64,000 nucleotides of DNA, taken from positions 96,001-160,000 of the forward strand of contig JASFLY010000003.1 of NCBI GenBank assembly GCA_050117845.1, given 5' to 3'. The translations under genes and the position numbers were made by a program. Below are positions 21,060 to 31,196 of this stretch, in pieces. Origin of the DNA: Candidatus Zixiibacteriota bacterium (GTDB taxonomy: Bacteria; RBG-13-66-14; B26-G2; WVWN01). How positions within the stretch are numbered: position 1 is the first letter of the stretch; each line of letters starts with the position of its first letter. The notes under the pieces were generated by a model. It worked only from the letters and a program-made list of their open reading frames with translations, made no database searches and was not told the origin of the DNA.

Positions 21060-21743
21060 ATGATACGCGCCGTCATATTCGATCTGGACAACACGCTGAC
21101 CGACTTCATGAAGATGAAGGAGCGGGCCATCGAGGCCGCGGCCGAGGCCATGGTCGACGCCGGCCTGGCCGGTACCGTGGACGAAGTAATAGCCGGCATC
21201 AACGACGTGTACGAGGCCGAGGGCATAGAGTACCAGCGCGTCTTCGACCGCTACCTCATCGAGGCCCACGGCAAACTCGACCCCCGGATCCACGCCGCCG
21301 GCGTCGTCGCCTACCGCCGGGCGCGGGAGGGCACTCTCGCCCTCTACCCCCACGTCCACTCCACGCTGCTGGAGCTGTTGCGTCGGGGCATCAAACTGGG
21401 CGTCCTCTCCGACGCGCCGCGCCTCCAGGCCTGGCTCCGGCTCGCCTACCTCCAGCTCCACAATATCTTCGACGTCGTCGTTACGTACGAGGACACGGGC
21501 GTCCGCAAGCCCGCGCCCGAACCCTTCCTCCTAATACTCGAGGAGCTGGGCGTACGGCCCGAGGAGGCGTTGATGGTCGGCGACTGGCCCGGCCGCGACG
21601 TGGAGGGAGCCCGGGCGCTGGGCATCCGGACCGTGTACGCCCGCTACGGCGACACCAGCGGCGAGAGTTGCCGCGAAACCGACTACACCGTCGACGACGT
21701 GGCGGACGTCATTCGCATCGTCGACGAGTTGAATGCGAAGTAA
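21060..21743 (+). CDS. HAD family hydrolase (subfamily IA)
   Basis: FDLDNTL, RKPAPEPF, MVGD...DVEGA. Confidence 0.92.
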   Translation: MIRAVIFDLDNTLTDFMKMKERAIEAAAEAMVDAGLAGTVDEVIAGINDVYEAEGIEYQRVFDRYLIEAHGKLDPRIHAAGVVAYRRAREGTLALYPHVHSTLLELLRRGIKLGVLSDAPRLQAWLRLAYLQLHNIFDVVVTYEDTGVRKPAPEPFLLILEELGVRPEEALMVGDWPGRDVEGARALGIRTVYARYGDTSGESCRETDYTVDDVADVIRIVDELNAK

Positions 21744-22008
21744 ATTAAATTCGGCTCAGGTCGTACTGGTCGTACTGGTGGCGATGGGCGTCGCCCTCGC
21801 CGGCTACGTCGGCGTCCGGGGGATGATGACCGCCGGGGCGCCGCCGGGCGCCGGCCCCGACGAGGCCGCCCGCAGGGAAGCCTTCGACGAGGCCATGTCC
21901 CGGGGCAACCTCTCCTTCGAGGAGGCGCGCTACTGGCGTCGACTCGAGGAGACGCCGGCGACCGCTTCCCCCTCTCCCTCCGCCCCCCCCGATGAGGCCG
22001 GCCCGTGA
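21733..22008 (+). CDS. Membrane-anchored ORF carrying the N-terminal EARYW motif of AmrS
   Basis: One TM helix; EARYWRRL; stop overlaps the GTG of the next gene. Confidence 0.6.
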   Translation: MRSKLNSAQVVLVVLVAMGVALAGYVGVRGMMTAGAPPGAGPDEAARREAFDEAMSRGNLSFEEARYWRRLEETPATASPSPSAPPDEAGP

Positions 22009-23021
22009 GCCCCGCCGCCACCGTCGAGTGCGAGCTGTGCCCCCGGCACTGCATCCTCGCCAACTACCAGCGCGGCGACTGCCGCGTCCGCGTCAACGTC
22101 GACGGGACGCTCTACACGCTGGTCTACGGCAAACCCTGCGCGACCCACGTCGACCCCATCGAGAAGAAACCCCTCTTCCACTTCCTCCCCGGCACCGGCA
22201 TCTACTCTATCGCCACCGCCGGCTGCAACCTCCACTGCAAGTACTGCCAGAACTGGGAGATTAGCCAGACCGACCCGGAGGACGCCCGGAACGTCGACCT
22301 GGCGCCCGGGCGCGTCGTGGCCGAGGCCCGGCGCACGGGTTGCCGCTCGGTCGCCTACACCTACTCCGAGCCGATAATATTTTACGAGTACACGATGGAG
22401 GCGTCGCGGCTGGGCCGCGGGCGGGGCCTGCGTAACGTCCTCGTCACCGCCGGCTACATTGAACCCGAGCCCCTGCGCGAACTCTGCCGCGTTACCGACG
22501 CCGCCAACGTCGACCTCAAGTCGCTGTCGGACGACTTCTACCGGGACATATGCGACGGCCGCCTGGCCCCCGTGCTGAAGGCGCTGACCATTTTCCGGGA
22601 GGAGGGCGTCTGGCTCGAGGTGACCAATCTTATTGTACCAGAGCTCAACGACAACCGCGCGGGAATAACGAAGCTGGTGCGCTGGGTGCGCGACAACCTC
22701 GGCCCGGATACGCCGCTGCACTTCTCGCGCTTCTGGCCGATGTACAAGCTGGCCAACCTGCCGCCCACGCCGGTGGCGACGCTCACGATGGCCCGGGACG
22801 TCGCGCTCGAGGAGGGGTTGCGTTACCCGTACGTGGGGAACGTCCCCGGCCACGCGGGCAACAACACGTACTGCCCCGGCTGCGGCGAGGCCGTGGTCGA
22901 GCGGCACGGCTACCAGATCCTGGCGTACCGCCTCGACGGCGACAAATGCCGTAAATGCGGCTCAACGGTGGCGGGCGTGTGGGAGCGGCCGCCGGCGAGC
23001 GATATGGAGTGGGTGTTTTAA
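22005..23021 (+). CDS. amrS: AmmeMemoRadiSam radical SAM enzyme, second paralog
   Basis: CELCPRHC, DPIEKKPLFHF, GCNLHCKYCQNWEISQ, HFSRFWP, CPGCG/CRKCG. Confidence 0.92.
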   Translation: MSPAATVECELCPRHCILANYQRGDCRVRVNVDGTLYTLVYGKPCATHVDPIEKKPLFHFLPGTGIYSIATAGCNLHCKYCQNWEISQTDPEDARNVDLAPGRVVAEARRTGCRSVAYTYSEPIIFYEYTMEASRLGRGRGLRNVLVTAGYIEPEPLRELCRVTDAANVDLKSLSDDFYRDICDGRLAPVLKALTIFREEGVWLEVTNLIVPELNDNRAGITKLVRWVRDNLGPDTPLHFSRFWPMYKLANLPPTPVATLTMARDVALEEGLRYPYVGNVPGHAGNNTYCPGCGEAVVERHGYQILAYRLDGDKCRKCGSTVAGVWERPPASDMEWVF

Positions 23022-23049
23022 AAGTTAATCGGCTCGGGAAGAATAAGGG

Positions 23050-23568
23050 ATGCTCGGGAAATATACGAACCTGGTAATATTCCTGGCCGCCGGCGGGATT
23101 ACGTTGGTCACGGTCGTCGGCGTTACTTTCGTATTTCCCCCCTCCGGTGACGACTATTTCGGCCGGAGGGAACCGATAATAATAGAAGTCCCGAATTTAC
23201 TCGACGAGGAGCCGCCACCACTTATTTACGTAGACGAAGCGCCCCCACCACCATATCTTCCCCCGCCGCCTACGCGGCAATATGTTTCATTCTTCGATTA
23301 CGATACGGGCCCCGTAATAGTAAAAGAATACCGCCCCGTCTACCCGGACGACGCCAGGAAAAAAGGCATCGAGGGTGACGTGATATTACTCGTATTCATC
23401 GACGAACGCGGGGACGTTAAAAACGTTGTAGTACAATCCTCGCCGGGCTTAAGATCGCTGGAGCGAGCGGCGACAATGGCGGCGTACCGGTGCAAATTCA
23501 AACCCGCGTTACTAGACGGCGAACCTATCGGCGTCTGGTACAGCATCGTGATGCAATTCCGGCTTTGA
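23050..23568 (+). CDS. tonB: Energy transducer TonB
   Basis: TM helix, Pro-rich linker, YPDDARKKGIEGDV...FKPALLDGEPI. Confidence 0.88.
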   Translation: MLGKYTNLVIFLAAGGITLVTVVGVTFVFPPSGDDYFGRREPIIIEVPNLLDEEPPPLIYVDEAPPPPYLPPPPTRQYVSFFDYDTGPVIVKEYRPVYPDDARKKGIEGDVILLVFIDERGDVKNVVVQSSPGLRSLERAATMAAYRCKFKPALLDGEPIGVWYSIVMQFRL

Positions 23569-23592
23569 TAGCCGAAAGGCCTGGAGCCCCTC

Positions 23593-23626
23593 CCCCCTTG
23601 CCCTCCTCCCTCGCCTCGGCTATAAT
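23593..23626 (+). promoter_or_regulatory. sigma70 promoter, copy 1 of a duplicated 34-bp element
   Basis: TTGCCC-N17-TATAAT; 32/34 identical to 30144-30177. Confidence 0.7.
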
Positions 23627-23775
23627 AAAACAATAGAGATGCTTTTCGAGGCGGAGGGCCCGCTATCACCACATCCCGTTATAATTCTATCTCGCTCCCT
23701 ACGCCGACGCGGCCGCTTGCGACGTCGCGCCGGCGCCAAGTGCCGCGGAAAAGCCTCGGGCGAGGAGGTAATTAA

Positions 23776-25059
23776 GTGAAAATCCGATGGTGGTATTTTC
23801 CCGCCGGCCTGGGCGGCGCTGTCGTCGTCGCCTGCATCCTGTTTATTTTCGCCTTTTACCTTTACGCCTACGCGAATATAGTCGCCATGGGTTTCGTCCT
23901 CAAGGGCCACAAACATTACGACAACGGCGAATACGAGGAGGCCGTGAAATGGTACGACCGCGCGCTCAGCCTCAGGCCTTTTATCGCCAGGGGACATTTC
24001 CATTACGATAAAGGCAAAGCGCTCGCCAAACTGGGTAGATATGAAGAAGCGCTCGAGTTATACGACGAAGCCCTGCCTTATTTAAAAGACTCTGATATCG
24101 CGTTTATCGTATACGAGAAACGAGCCGACGCCCTCGCCCACCTGGGCCGGTGGGAGGAAGCGGTTGAGGACTACGGCCACTCCATCGACCGCACGCCCAC
24201 CTCGCGGGCTAACGACCCGTCGTCCGCGGGCGACGCCGAATACGACGAGGAGAACTACGCCAAGGCCATCGCGTATTTCGAGGCCGCGGCCGAAACGGAC
24301 CCGGACGACTCCGCACTTAAATTCAAACTCGGCGTGTCGTGGTTGGCCCTCGGATTCTGCGAGAAGGCGGTTTCTTATTTCGACGACGCCACAGAACTCG
24401 CGCCCGACGACGGGCTGGCCTGGAACTACAAGGCATGGACGCTTGGCCTGACGGGCCGATACGAAACCGCCCTCGAGTGCGCCGACCGAGCCCTGGCCCT
24501 CGACGCGGACGACCCGAACGCGTGGATCACCAAAGGGAAAATCCTAATATTGGCGGGTGACGCCGGGGGCGCCCGCCGATGTTTTGACCGCGGGTCCGCT
24601 CAAGACCCGTCCTCAGCCGAAGCCCTCAGCAGTATGGGTTTGACGTATTTCGTCGAGGCGAAATACGATGAAGCCCGCCCCTACTACGAGCGTTTGACCG
24701 GCCCGGGCGGTTCCCCCTACGGGTTGATATTCCTGTATTTAATCGACCGGGCCGAAGGTAGGCCGGGCGCGGCCCGCCTCCAACCGCTCCTCGATGCCCC
24801 GCCGTACCCCTGGCTCGGGAGGCTATGCCGGTTTTTAAGCGGCGGGATAAGCGCCGACGATTTACTGGCTGCGGCGGAGGGCGACCGAATGTCGACGTGC
24901 GAGGCCCATTTCTTCATAGGTTATATAAACAAACTCGACGGGGACGACGCGGCCGCACGCCGCCATTTCGAGGAAGCCGTGGCAGTGGGGCGGTACGAAC
25001 AAGCCGAATATTCCCTGGCCCGATACGAGCTGGCGCGCACCCGCGGCGCCGGGGAGTAG
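23776..25059 (+). CDS. Membrane-anchored TPR protein with NlpI-like C-terminus
   Basis: TM helix, multiple TPRs, CEAHFFIG...AARRHFEEAV...EYSLARYEL. Confidence 0.85.
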   Translation: MKIRWWYFPAGLGGAVVVACILFIFAFYLYAYANIVAMGFVLKGHKHYDNGEYEEAVKWYDRALSLRPFIARGHFHYDKGKALAKLGRYEEALELYDEALPYLKDSDIAFIVYEKRADALAHLGRWEEAVEDYGHSIDRTPTSRANDPSSAGDAEYDEENYAKAIAYFEAAAETDPDDSALKFKLGVSWLALGFCEKAVSYFDDATELAPDDGLAWNYKAWTLGLTGRYETALECADRALALDADDPNAWITKGKILILAGDAGGARRCFDRGSAQDPSSAEALSSMGLTYFVEAKYDEARPYYERLTGPGGSPYGLIFLYLIDRAEGRPGAARLQPLLDAPPYPWLGRLCRFLSGGISADDLLAAAEGDRMSTCEAHFFIGYINKLDGDDAAARRHFEEAVAVGRYEQAEYSLARYELARTRGAGE

Positions 25060-25095
25060 GGATACGGCCCGGGTGCGAAGCAGAGGAGAAGACTG

Positions 25096-26865
25096 ATGGC
25101 TAGGTTGCGACACGTAGGCATAACGGCGGCGATCGTTGTGGGCGCGGCGGTTTCGTTGGGAGCACTCTACTCTCTAACCCGAGCCGCCGTGGCACGCACG
25201 GTCGATATATGCTGCCGCGCCGGGGCGGGCCATTATGCCAACGCGGAATACGAAGCCAGCCTCAAGTGGTATGAACGCGCGCTGGCGCTCGACCCCACGA
25301 ACGCCGGCGCGTGGACCCGCAAAGGGCGCATCCTGGTGATGTGGGATAAATACCACGAAGCCGTAGAGTGCTACGATCGGGCGCTGGACCTCGACCCCGA
25401 ATACGCGGAAGCGTGGGCTCGCAAGGGTTTCGCCCTAATTCACTTGTCCGAACATGACGAAGCTATGGCGTGTTGCGACCGGGCGCTGGAACTAGAGCCG
25501 TATTGGCCGTTCGCGTGGACCGTCAAGGCCCTTGTCCTTCACGACCTGGGCGAGTACGACGAGGCCCTGGCGTGCTGCGACCGGGCGCTGGCCTTCGACC
25601 CCGAAGACGCGTACACATGGATAAATAAAGGTTACATCCTGAGTGACCTGGAACGATACGAGGAAGCTTTAACGTGCTACGGCCGCGCCGCGGAGCTAGA
25701 ACCCGGAAACGCCGACGCGTGGGAACGCAAAGGTTTCACCTTGAAAATACTAACCAGAGATGAAGAGGCCCTGGCTTGTTACGAACGGGCCTTAGAAATA
25801 AACCCGTACAGCATCAGCGGGTGGGTTCAAAAAGGCGACATCCTGTACTTACTCGGCCGACATAACGAAGCCCGAACGAGCTACGAACGGGCGCTTTTAC
25901 TCGAGCCTAAAGATATACTTTCCTGGGTTCATAGAGGTTCCGCCCTGGCGTCGCTGGGTCGATACGCCGAAGCTATAACCTGCTACGACCGGGCGTTGGA
26001 GCTCGACCCGAGGACCGAAACCGCCTGGGCCGACAAAGGTTCCGCCCTGGCGTCGCTGGGTCGATACGCCGAAGCTATAGCCTGTTACGACCGGGCGTTG
26101 GAACTGGAGCCGAGAGACGAGTTCGCCCGCGTCTGGAAGGGAAGCGCCTTGTATGAATTGGGCGAGTACGCAGGAGCTTTAACGTGTCTCGACAAAACGC
26201 TGGAACGCGACCCTCGACACGGGTACGCGTGGACGTGCAAGGGTGACGTATTGTTCGAATTGGGTAAATTCGGCGAAGCCGTGGCGTGCTACGACCGGGC
26301 GGCGGCCATAGAGGCCGATGCACCCGCGTGGAATTACAAGGGCAAAGTCCTACTTTCGCTGGGCGACGTCGAGGGCGCGCGCGAATGTTTCGGCCGCGCG
26401 CTCGGTCAGGACCCGTCCTCGTCCGGCGCGCTCCTCGGCAAGGGCGTAACGTTTTTCGCCGAGGGTAATTACGACAAAGCCCGAAGCTACTTCGAGGAAA
26501 TAACCCGTCCGGGCCGTCCTCCGTATTACGTACTCTACTTATACTTAATCGATAGGGCTGAAGGTAGGCCGGCCACGGACCGCCTCCAACCCCTCCTCGA
26601 TAACCCGCCCGACCCATGGCTTAAAAAAGTAAGTCAATTCCTCGTCGGCAGTATAACCGCCGAGGATTTACTCGCGGAGGCCCCGACCTACGAGGCGACG
26701 TACTGCTACTCCCATTTCTTCATAGCTTATAAAAACAAATACGACGGCGACGCCGGCGCGGCTCGCCGTCATTTCGGGGAAGCCGTGGGTACGAGGCGCC
26801 ACGACTTGACCGAATATTCCCTGGCTCGATACGAGCTGGAGTACTCGGCCGGCGTCGGGGAATAA
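25096..26865 (+). CDS. Membrane-anchored multi-TPR protein, paralog of the upstream gene
   Basis: About 12 TPRs (A..CYDRALELDP...AW..KG); same C-terminal domain. Confidence 0.88.
   Translation: MARLRHVGITAAIVVGAAVSLGALYSLTRAAVARTVDICCRAGAGHYANAEYEASLKWYERALALDPTNAGAWTRKGRILVMWDKYHEAVECYDRALDLDPEYAEAWARKGFALIHLSEHDEAMACCDRALELEPYWPFAWTVKALVLHDLGEYDEALACCDRALAFDPEDAYTWINKGYILSDLERYEEALTCYGRAAELEPGNADAWERKGFTLKILTRDEEALACYERALEINPYSISGWVQKGDILYLLGRHNEARTSYERALLLEPKDILSWVHRGSALASLGRYAEAITCYDRALELDPRTETAWADKGSALASLGRYAEAIACYDRALELEPRDEFARVWKGSALYELGEYAGALTCLDKTLERDPRHGYAWTCKGDVLFELGKFGEAVACYDRAAAIEADAPAWNYKGKVLLSLGDVEGARECFGRALGQDPSSSGALLGKGVTFFAEGNYDKARSYFEEITRPGRPPYYVLYLYLIDRAEGRPATDRLQPLLDNPPDPWLKKVSQFLVGSITAEDLLAEAPTYEATYCYSHFFIAYKNKYDGDAGAARRHFGEAVGTRRHDLTEYSLARYELEYSAGVGE
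25935..26079 (+). repeat. 43-bp exact direct repeat at 102-bp (one TPR) spacing
   Basis: AGGTTCCGCCCTGGCGTCGCTGGGTCGATACGCCGAAGCTATA at 25935 and 26037. Confidence 0.9.
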
Positions 26866-26878
26866 GGGAAGGTAACCG

Positions 26879-28756
26879 ATGAAAGCTAGATGGTGGCATA
26901 TGCCGTGGGAGCTTTGCTTGGCGGTCATCGTCGGGTGCGTTTTGGCGACAGGGGCGGCCTCCCCCACACCCGGCGTAGACGCCGAAGAGGTTTTACCCGA
27001 AGCGGCTTCCAAGGTCTATCCGCAATACGAATACGCCGGCGAGTGGGGCGACCCAAACCCTATAGCCGGGTTCATTCATAATATAAGCGCCGTCGCCGTC
27101 GGCCCCAACGGCAACGTCTACGTGGCGGAGGAGTTCGACGTCGCCAAAGACCAAATCCAGGTCTTCGACCGGGCGGGAGAATTTTCGCACGCCTGGGGCG
27201 AGCGACCCTACCCCGGCCGGACCGTGGCCGTATCGACCGAAGCGGACTTATTAGGTCCACACGAAATAGCGGTCGCGCCCGACGGCACGGCCTACGTCGC
27301 CGTACTCCACGGCCTCATAAAACGTTTTTCGCCGGACGGCGAACAACTAGGGAGTTGGGCGTTGCCGGAGGTCGACGACGATACGTTCTATCCCCAGGAC
27401 ATGGCGGTTGCGCCGGACGGCACCGTTTACGTGGTCGGCAGCGAGTACGTTCAGTACTTCAGCCCGGAAGGTAGGTTTTTGGGCGAATGGGGAAAAGAAC
27501 GTTGGCCCGGCGAGGAGGGGGCCTTCTGGTTGGACGGCGTTGCGGTGGCGCCCGACGGTACGGTTTACGTAAGCGGGAACACCGACGGAAACGTCGCACG
27601 CTTCACGCCCGACGGCTCGTATTTAGGGACTATCGACGTAGAGTGGGCGCTCGACATGGCGTGCGCCCCCGACGGCACCATATATGCCTCTCAGGGAGGT
27701 CGCGGTTACGTCGTGGCCGTCTCGCGAGAGGGCGGCGAGTTGAGGCGATGGACGGTAGGGTGCACCTGGGGTATAGAACCCGACCCCGTTCACGACATCG
27801 CCGCCGGGCCGGACGGGACGGTTTACGTCGCCAACGGCTTCCGGAATTCGGTCCAGTGTTTCACTCCCGAAGGGGAATTACTCCGCGAAATCGGCAGCCC
27901 TACCCCACCCCTCGGCTGCTTCCACGAACCGCACGGAATCGCAACCTCCGCCGACGGGAAGGTCTGGGTGGCCGATTCTTATAACCGCCGGGTCCAATGT
28001 TTCACCGCCGAGGGCGAGCCTTTAGGCCAGGTCAACGACGGTATAACCCCCCTTGGCTCCCCGGTGGGCGTCGGCGTATCGCGCGAAGGCATCGTATCCG
28101 TAGGGATCTCCGACCCCTCGCGTATGGCCCGCGAGTATGCGACAACCCGCTATACTCCCGAAGGCTACTTGACCGGGAAATGGTTTTGGGAAGATAACCC
28201 CGGCGACAGTTATATCGGGATGATGGGAGGGTTGGAGGTTACGCCGGGCGACGCTATCTACGTTACGGACAGTACCAATAACCGGATTTATCGTTTTTCG
28301 CCGCGGGGCGATATACTCGAGACCTGGGGCCGAGAGGGGACGGGCCCGGGCGAGTTTGACGGCCCGGAGGGTATAGCGGTGCGGTGCACCGAGGAGGGTG
28401 AAGTTACCGCCATTTACGTCGTCGACCAGAGTAACTCCCGCGTTCAATACTTCGCCCCCGGCGGCAGGTATTTGGGCGAATGGGGCGAGGGGGGCGACGG
28501 CGCCGGGCAATTCTTCAATCCCGCGGGTATTGCCGTGGGGCCCGACGGCACCGTCTTCGTCGTGGACGGCTGCAACCACCGCGTCCAATATTTCACGGCG
28601 GACGGCGGATTCCTCGGCGTCCTGGGCCGGGAGGGCTTAGGTGAGGCCGAGTTTAAGTTCCCCGTAGACGTCGCCGTAGCTCCGGACGGGACGCTTTACG
28701 TCACCGACGGCGGCAACGACCGCGTCCAGTACTTCCGGCGGACAGAGGGGGAATAA
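26879..28756 (+). CDS. Secreted NHL-repeat beta-propeller protein
   Basis: Repeated P.GIAV.PDGTVYV.D..N.RVQYF. Confidence 0.9.
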   Translation: MKARWWHMPWELCLAVIVGCVLATGAASPTPGVDAEEVLPEAASKVYPQYEYAGEWGDPNPIAGFIHNISAVAVGPNGNVYVAEEFDVAKDQIQVFDRAGEFSHAWGERPYPGRTVAVSTEADLLGPHEIAVAPDGTAYVAVLHGLIKRFSPDGEQLGSWALPEVDDDTFYPQDMAVAPDGTVYVVGSEYVQYFSPEGRFLGEWGKERWPGEEGAFWLDGVAVAPDGTVYVSGNTDGNVARFTPDGSYLGTIDVEWALDMACAPDGTIYASQGGRGYVVAVSREGGELRRWTVGCTWGIEPDPVHDIAAGPDGTVYVANGFRNSVQCFTPEGELLREIGSPTPPLGCFHEPHGIATSADGKVWVADSYNRRVQCFTAEGEPLGQVNDGITPLGSPVGVGVSREGIVSVGISDPSRMAREYATTRYTPEGYLTGKWFWEDNPGDSYIGMMGGLEVTPGDAIYVTDSTNNRIYRFSPRGDILETWGREGTGPGEFDGPEGIAVRCTEEGEVTAIYVVDQSNSRVQYFAPGGRYLGEWGEGGDGAGQFFNPAGIAVGPDGTVFVVDGCNHRVQYFTADGGFLGVLGREGLGEAEFKFPVDVAVAPDGTLYVTDGGNDRVQYFRRTEGE

Positions 28757-28777
28757 TCGCCCCGCGAAAGAGGCGTT

Positions 28778-30109
28778 GTGAAATACGCGAAGATATTGAT
28801 AACGGTTTTGACCGTCGCGGCGCCGAGCGCCCTCGCGACGTGGTACACGGTTTGCGCGGCGACGTTCTCGCCCGACGGCTCCAAGGTCGCGTACCTCTCT
28901 AACGACATATGCCAGGGCGGGATAAGTTACGCCATCTACACCATTAGCGCCGACGGTTCGGACCGAGTCAGGCTCAAGCTAAAGGGAGGTTTGTGGGGCG
29001 CGCCGCACTTCTCCCCCGACGGCTCGAAGATAGCGTTCATCGGCGACCGCGAGTGCTTCCCGTACGGCAACGTATTCCTGGTCAACGTCGACGGGACCGA
29101 CCTGAAGGCCGTAACCGCCTACGGCGACGACCCCTTTGAAGTTGACTACAATACCGGCCGGAAACTCGGCGTCCTCGACGCGGGCTTGACGTTCTCGCCC
29201 GACGGCGGCCGTATCCTTTACCTCTCGGACGAGTTCGGCTCCTCGGATATCTACGCGATTAACGTTGACGGCACGGGGAAGACGCGCCTGACCGATTTCG
29301 CCGGCTGCGACGAATACAAACCCATCTTCCTCCCCGGCGGCGAGCTGCTATTCACCGTAAAGGGGACTTGGGACAAGGCCGGCTTCTGGATTATGAACGC
29401 CGACGGCTCGGCCCAAAGGAGACTGGCGACCGGCGAAGACCTAGCGCTGGTGGCGCTTTCGCCCGACGGCACGAAAAGGGCGTACGCAGGCCGCTTCGGC
29501 GAGGATTACGCCACCTACGTCGCCGATCTCGACGGCTCGGGCCGTTTCAAGGTGGCGGACGGCGGCGTCTACCTCTCGTTCTCTCCCGACGGGGAAAAAC
29601 TCGTATATTGCGATGACGACCGCGTTTACATCGTCAACGCCGACGGCTCGGGCCGGAGAGCGCTGACGCCGGAATGGCCCATCGCGTACGGCGCGACCTT
29701 CGCCGCCGGCGGCGCGAAGATAATATTCCTGGGGCGTCCCGCCGGCGCCGAGGAAATAGGACTCTATACCATGAACGCCGACGGATCGGAGCGGACGCCG
29801 TTCCGGGCCACGAAGGACATGTACGTCGGTGGGCCGGTCGACATATTCGGCTCCTGTTGCGGCCTCGTGGTCTCCCCCGCAGGCGACAGGTTCCTCTTCA
29901 ACGGCGATTATAAGGACTACGTGGGCGACGCCCCCGTCGACTACTTCGCCGTCAACGTCGACGGCTCGGGCCTCGCGCGCATCTCGGAGTACAACTACAA
30001 AACCAACCCGCGGCCGGAGGAAGAAGTAACGCCTTACGGCGGAGATCGCGCGGAGTCCGTAACCCCGGACCCGTCGCAAACGACGAAGGTCCATTGTCCC
30101 GATCGGTAA
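28778..30109 (+). CDS. TolB-like PD40 beta-propeller protein
   Basis: Repeated FSPDGSKIAF and IY.MNADGS. Confidence 0.88.
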   Translation: MKYAKILITVLTVAAPSALATWYTVCAATFSPDGSKVAYLSNDICQGGISYAIYTISADGSDRVRLKLKGGLWGAPHFSPDGSKIAFIGDRECFPYGNVFLVNVDGTDLKAVTAYGDDPFEVDYNTGRKLGVLDAGLTFSPDGGRILYLSDEFGSSDIYAINVDGTGKTRLTDFAGCDEYKPIFLPGGELLFTVKGTWDKAGFWIMNADGSAQRRLATGEDLALVALSPDGTKRAYAGRFGEDYATYVADLDGSGRFKVADGGVYLSFSPDGEKLVYCDDDRVYIVNADGSGRRALTPEWPIAYGATFAAGGAKIIFLGRPAGAEEIGLYTMNADGSERTPFRATKDMYVGGPVDIFGSCCGLVVSPAGDRFLFNGDYKDYVGDAPVDYFAVNVDGSGLARISEYNYKTNPRPEEEVTPYGGDRAESVTPDPSQTTKVHCPDR

Positions 30110-30131
30110 CCGGCCTTCGGGCCGGCTTTTT
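30109..30131 (+). terminator. Rho-independent terminator
   Basis: CCGGCC-TTCG-GGCCGG-CTTTTT. Confidence 0.8.
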
Positions 30132-30143
30132 AGTGCCCCGAAA

Positions 30144-30177
30144 CCCCCTTGCCCTCCTCCCCCGCCTCGGTTATAAT
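30144..30177 (+). promoter_or_regulatory. sigma70 promoter, copy 2 of the duplicated element
   Basis: TTGCCC-N17-TATAAT. Confidence 0.7.
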
Positions 30178-30220
30178 CGCGGCAGACGATAACTTCGCAC
30201 TCGCAACCAAGGAGGGAACG

Positions 30221-31126
30221 ATGTCGCGATGTATAGTGGCGGCGACGCTCGTCGCCGCGGCGGCCTTCGCCGCCTGGCAATCCCCCGTTAATCTCGGCGC
30301 CGTTGTCAACTCCGCGTACGGCGACTGGTATCCGGTTCTCACCCCTCACGGCGATTATATGTTTTTCGTTTCGTCGCGGCCCGGCGGCTACGGCAACGGC
30401 GATATCTGGTGCAGCGCGAACATCGGCGGCGTATGGCAGGCGCCGGTCAACTGCGGCGCGGCCGTCAACTCGGCCGGCCTGGACACCGGCATCGCGCTCA
30501 ACCTGGCCGGGACCAGACTCTATTTCGCCTCCGACGCGGCGGGCACACTCGGCGACCTGGACGTCTGGTACGCCCCGGTAACCGGCGGTACGCTCGGCGC
30601 CAAGGTTCATCTTCCCGCCCCGGTCAATTCGGTTTACCGGGAGTGTTGTCCGGTCATAGGCCCCGGCGGCGACGACGTCTATTTTTCCAGTGAGAAACCC
30701 GGCGGCCAGGGCGGCCACGATATGTACGTCTCGAGTTGGACCGGTAGCGGTTGGAGCGAACCGGTATCGCTCGGCGCCCCCAACAGCGCCTATAACGAGT
30801 GCCCCCGGTGGATATCCGACGACGGCCTAATGCTCGCTTACCTCTCCTGGCGGCCGGAGGGCGAGGGGGGCTGCGATTTATGGTACACGACCAAGACGGG
30901 CGATACGTGGAGCGAGGGCGTCAACTTCGGCGCCCCCATCAACTCCGCCGGGAACGAGTTCGGGCCGTGGTTCCATTGTAATCACGGCCAGATGCACGGC
31001 TTCATGTATTTCGGCTCGAGCCGCGAAGGCGGCCATGGCGACTTCGATATCTGGTACTCGGAGGACGGCGAATTCCACGCCGTCGACGCCACGTCGTTGG
31101 GCGGCGCCAAAGCGGCGTTCCGTTAG
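30221..31126 (+). CDS. Secreted PD40-repeat protein with SLGxxKAxF C-terminal motif
   Basis: Repeated PVNLGA.VNS...P....G..LYF.S.RPGG.G..DIW; ends VDATSLGGAKAAFR; AGGAGG RBS. Confidence 0.85.
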   Translation: MSRCIVAATLVAAAAFAAWQSPVNLGAVVNSAYGDWYPVLTPHGDYMFFVSSRPGGYGNGDIWCSANIGGVWQAPVNCGAAVNSAGLDTGIALNLAGTRLYFASDAAGTLGDLDVWYAPVTGGTLGAKVHLPAPVNSVYRECCPVIGPGGDDVYFSSEKPGGQGGHDMYVSSWTGSGWSEPVSLGAPNSAYNECPRWISDDGLMLAYLSWRPEGEGGCDLWYTTKTGDTWSEGVNFGAPINSAGNEFGPWFHCNHGQMHGFMYFGSSREGGHGDFDIWYSEDGEFHAVDATSLGGAKAAFR

Positions 31127-31147
31127 CTACCCGATCTTATTGTAGAA

Positions 31148-31173
31148 AAACGGCGGCCTTCGGGCCGCCGTTT
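31148..31173. terminator. Bidirectional terminator between convergent genes
   Basis: AAACGGCGGCC-TTCG-GGCCGCCGTTT. Confidence 0.85.
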
Positions 31174-31196
31174 CTATTCGGTATCCCCCTTTGTCC

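Noticed and set aside
25935..26100. TPR direct repeat as a DGR TR/VR pair or CRISPR repeat
   Set aside because: In-frame 102-bp period inside a CDS, only two copies, mismatches not A-specific
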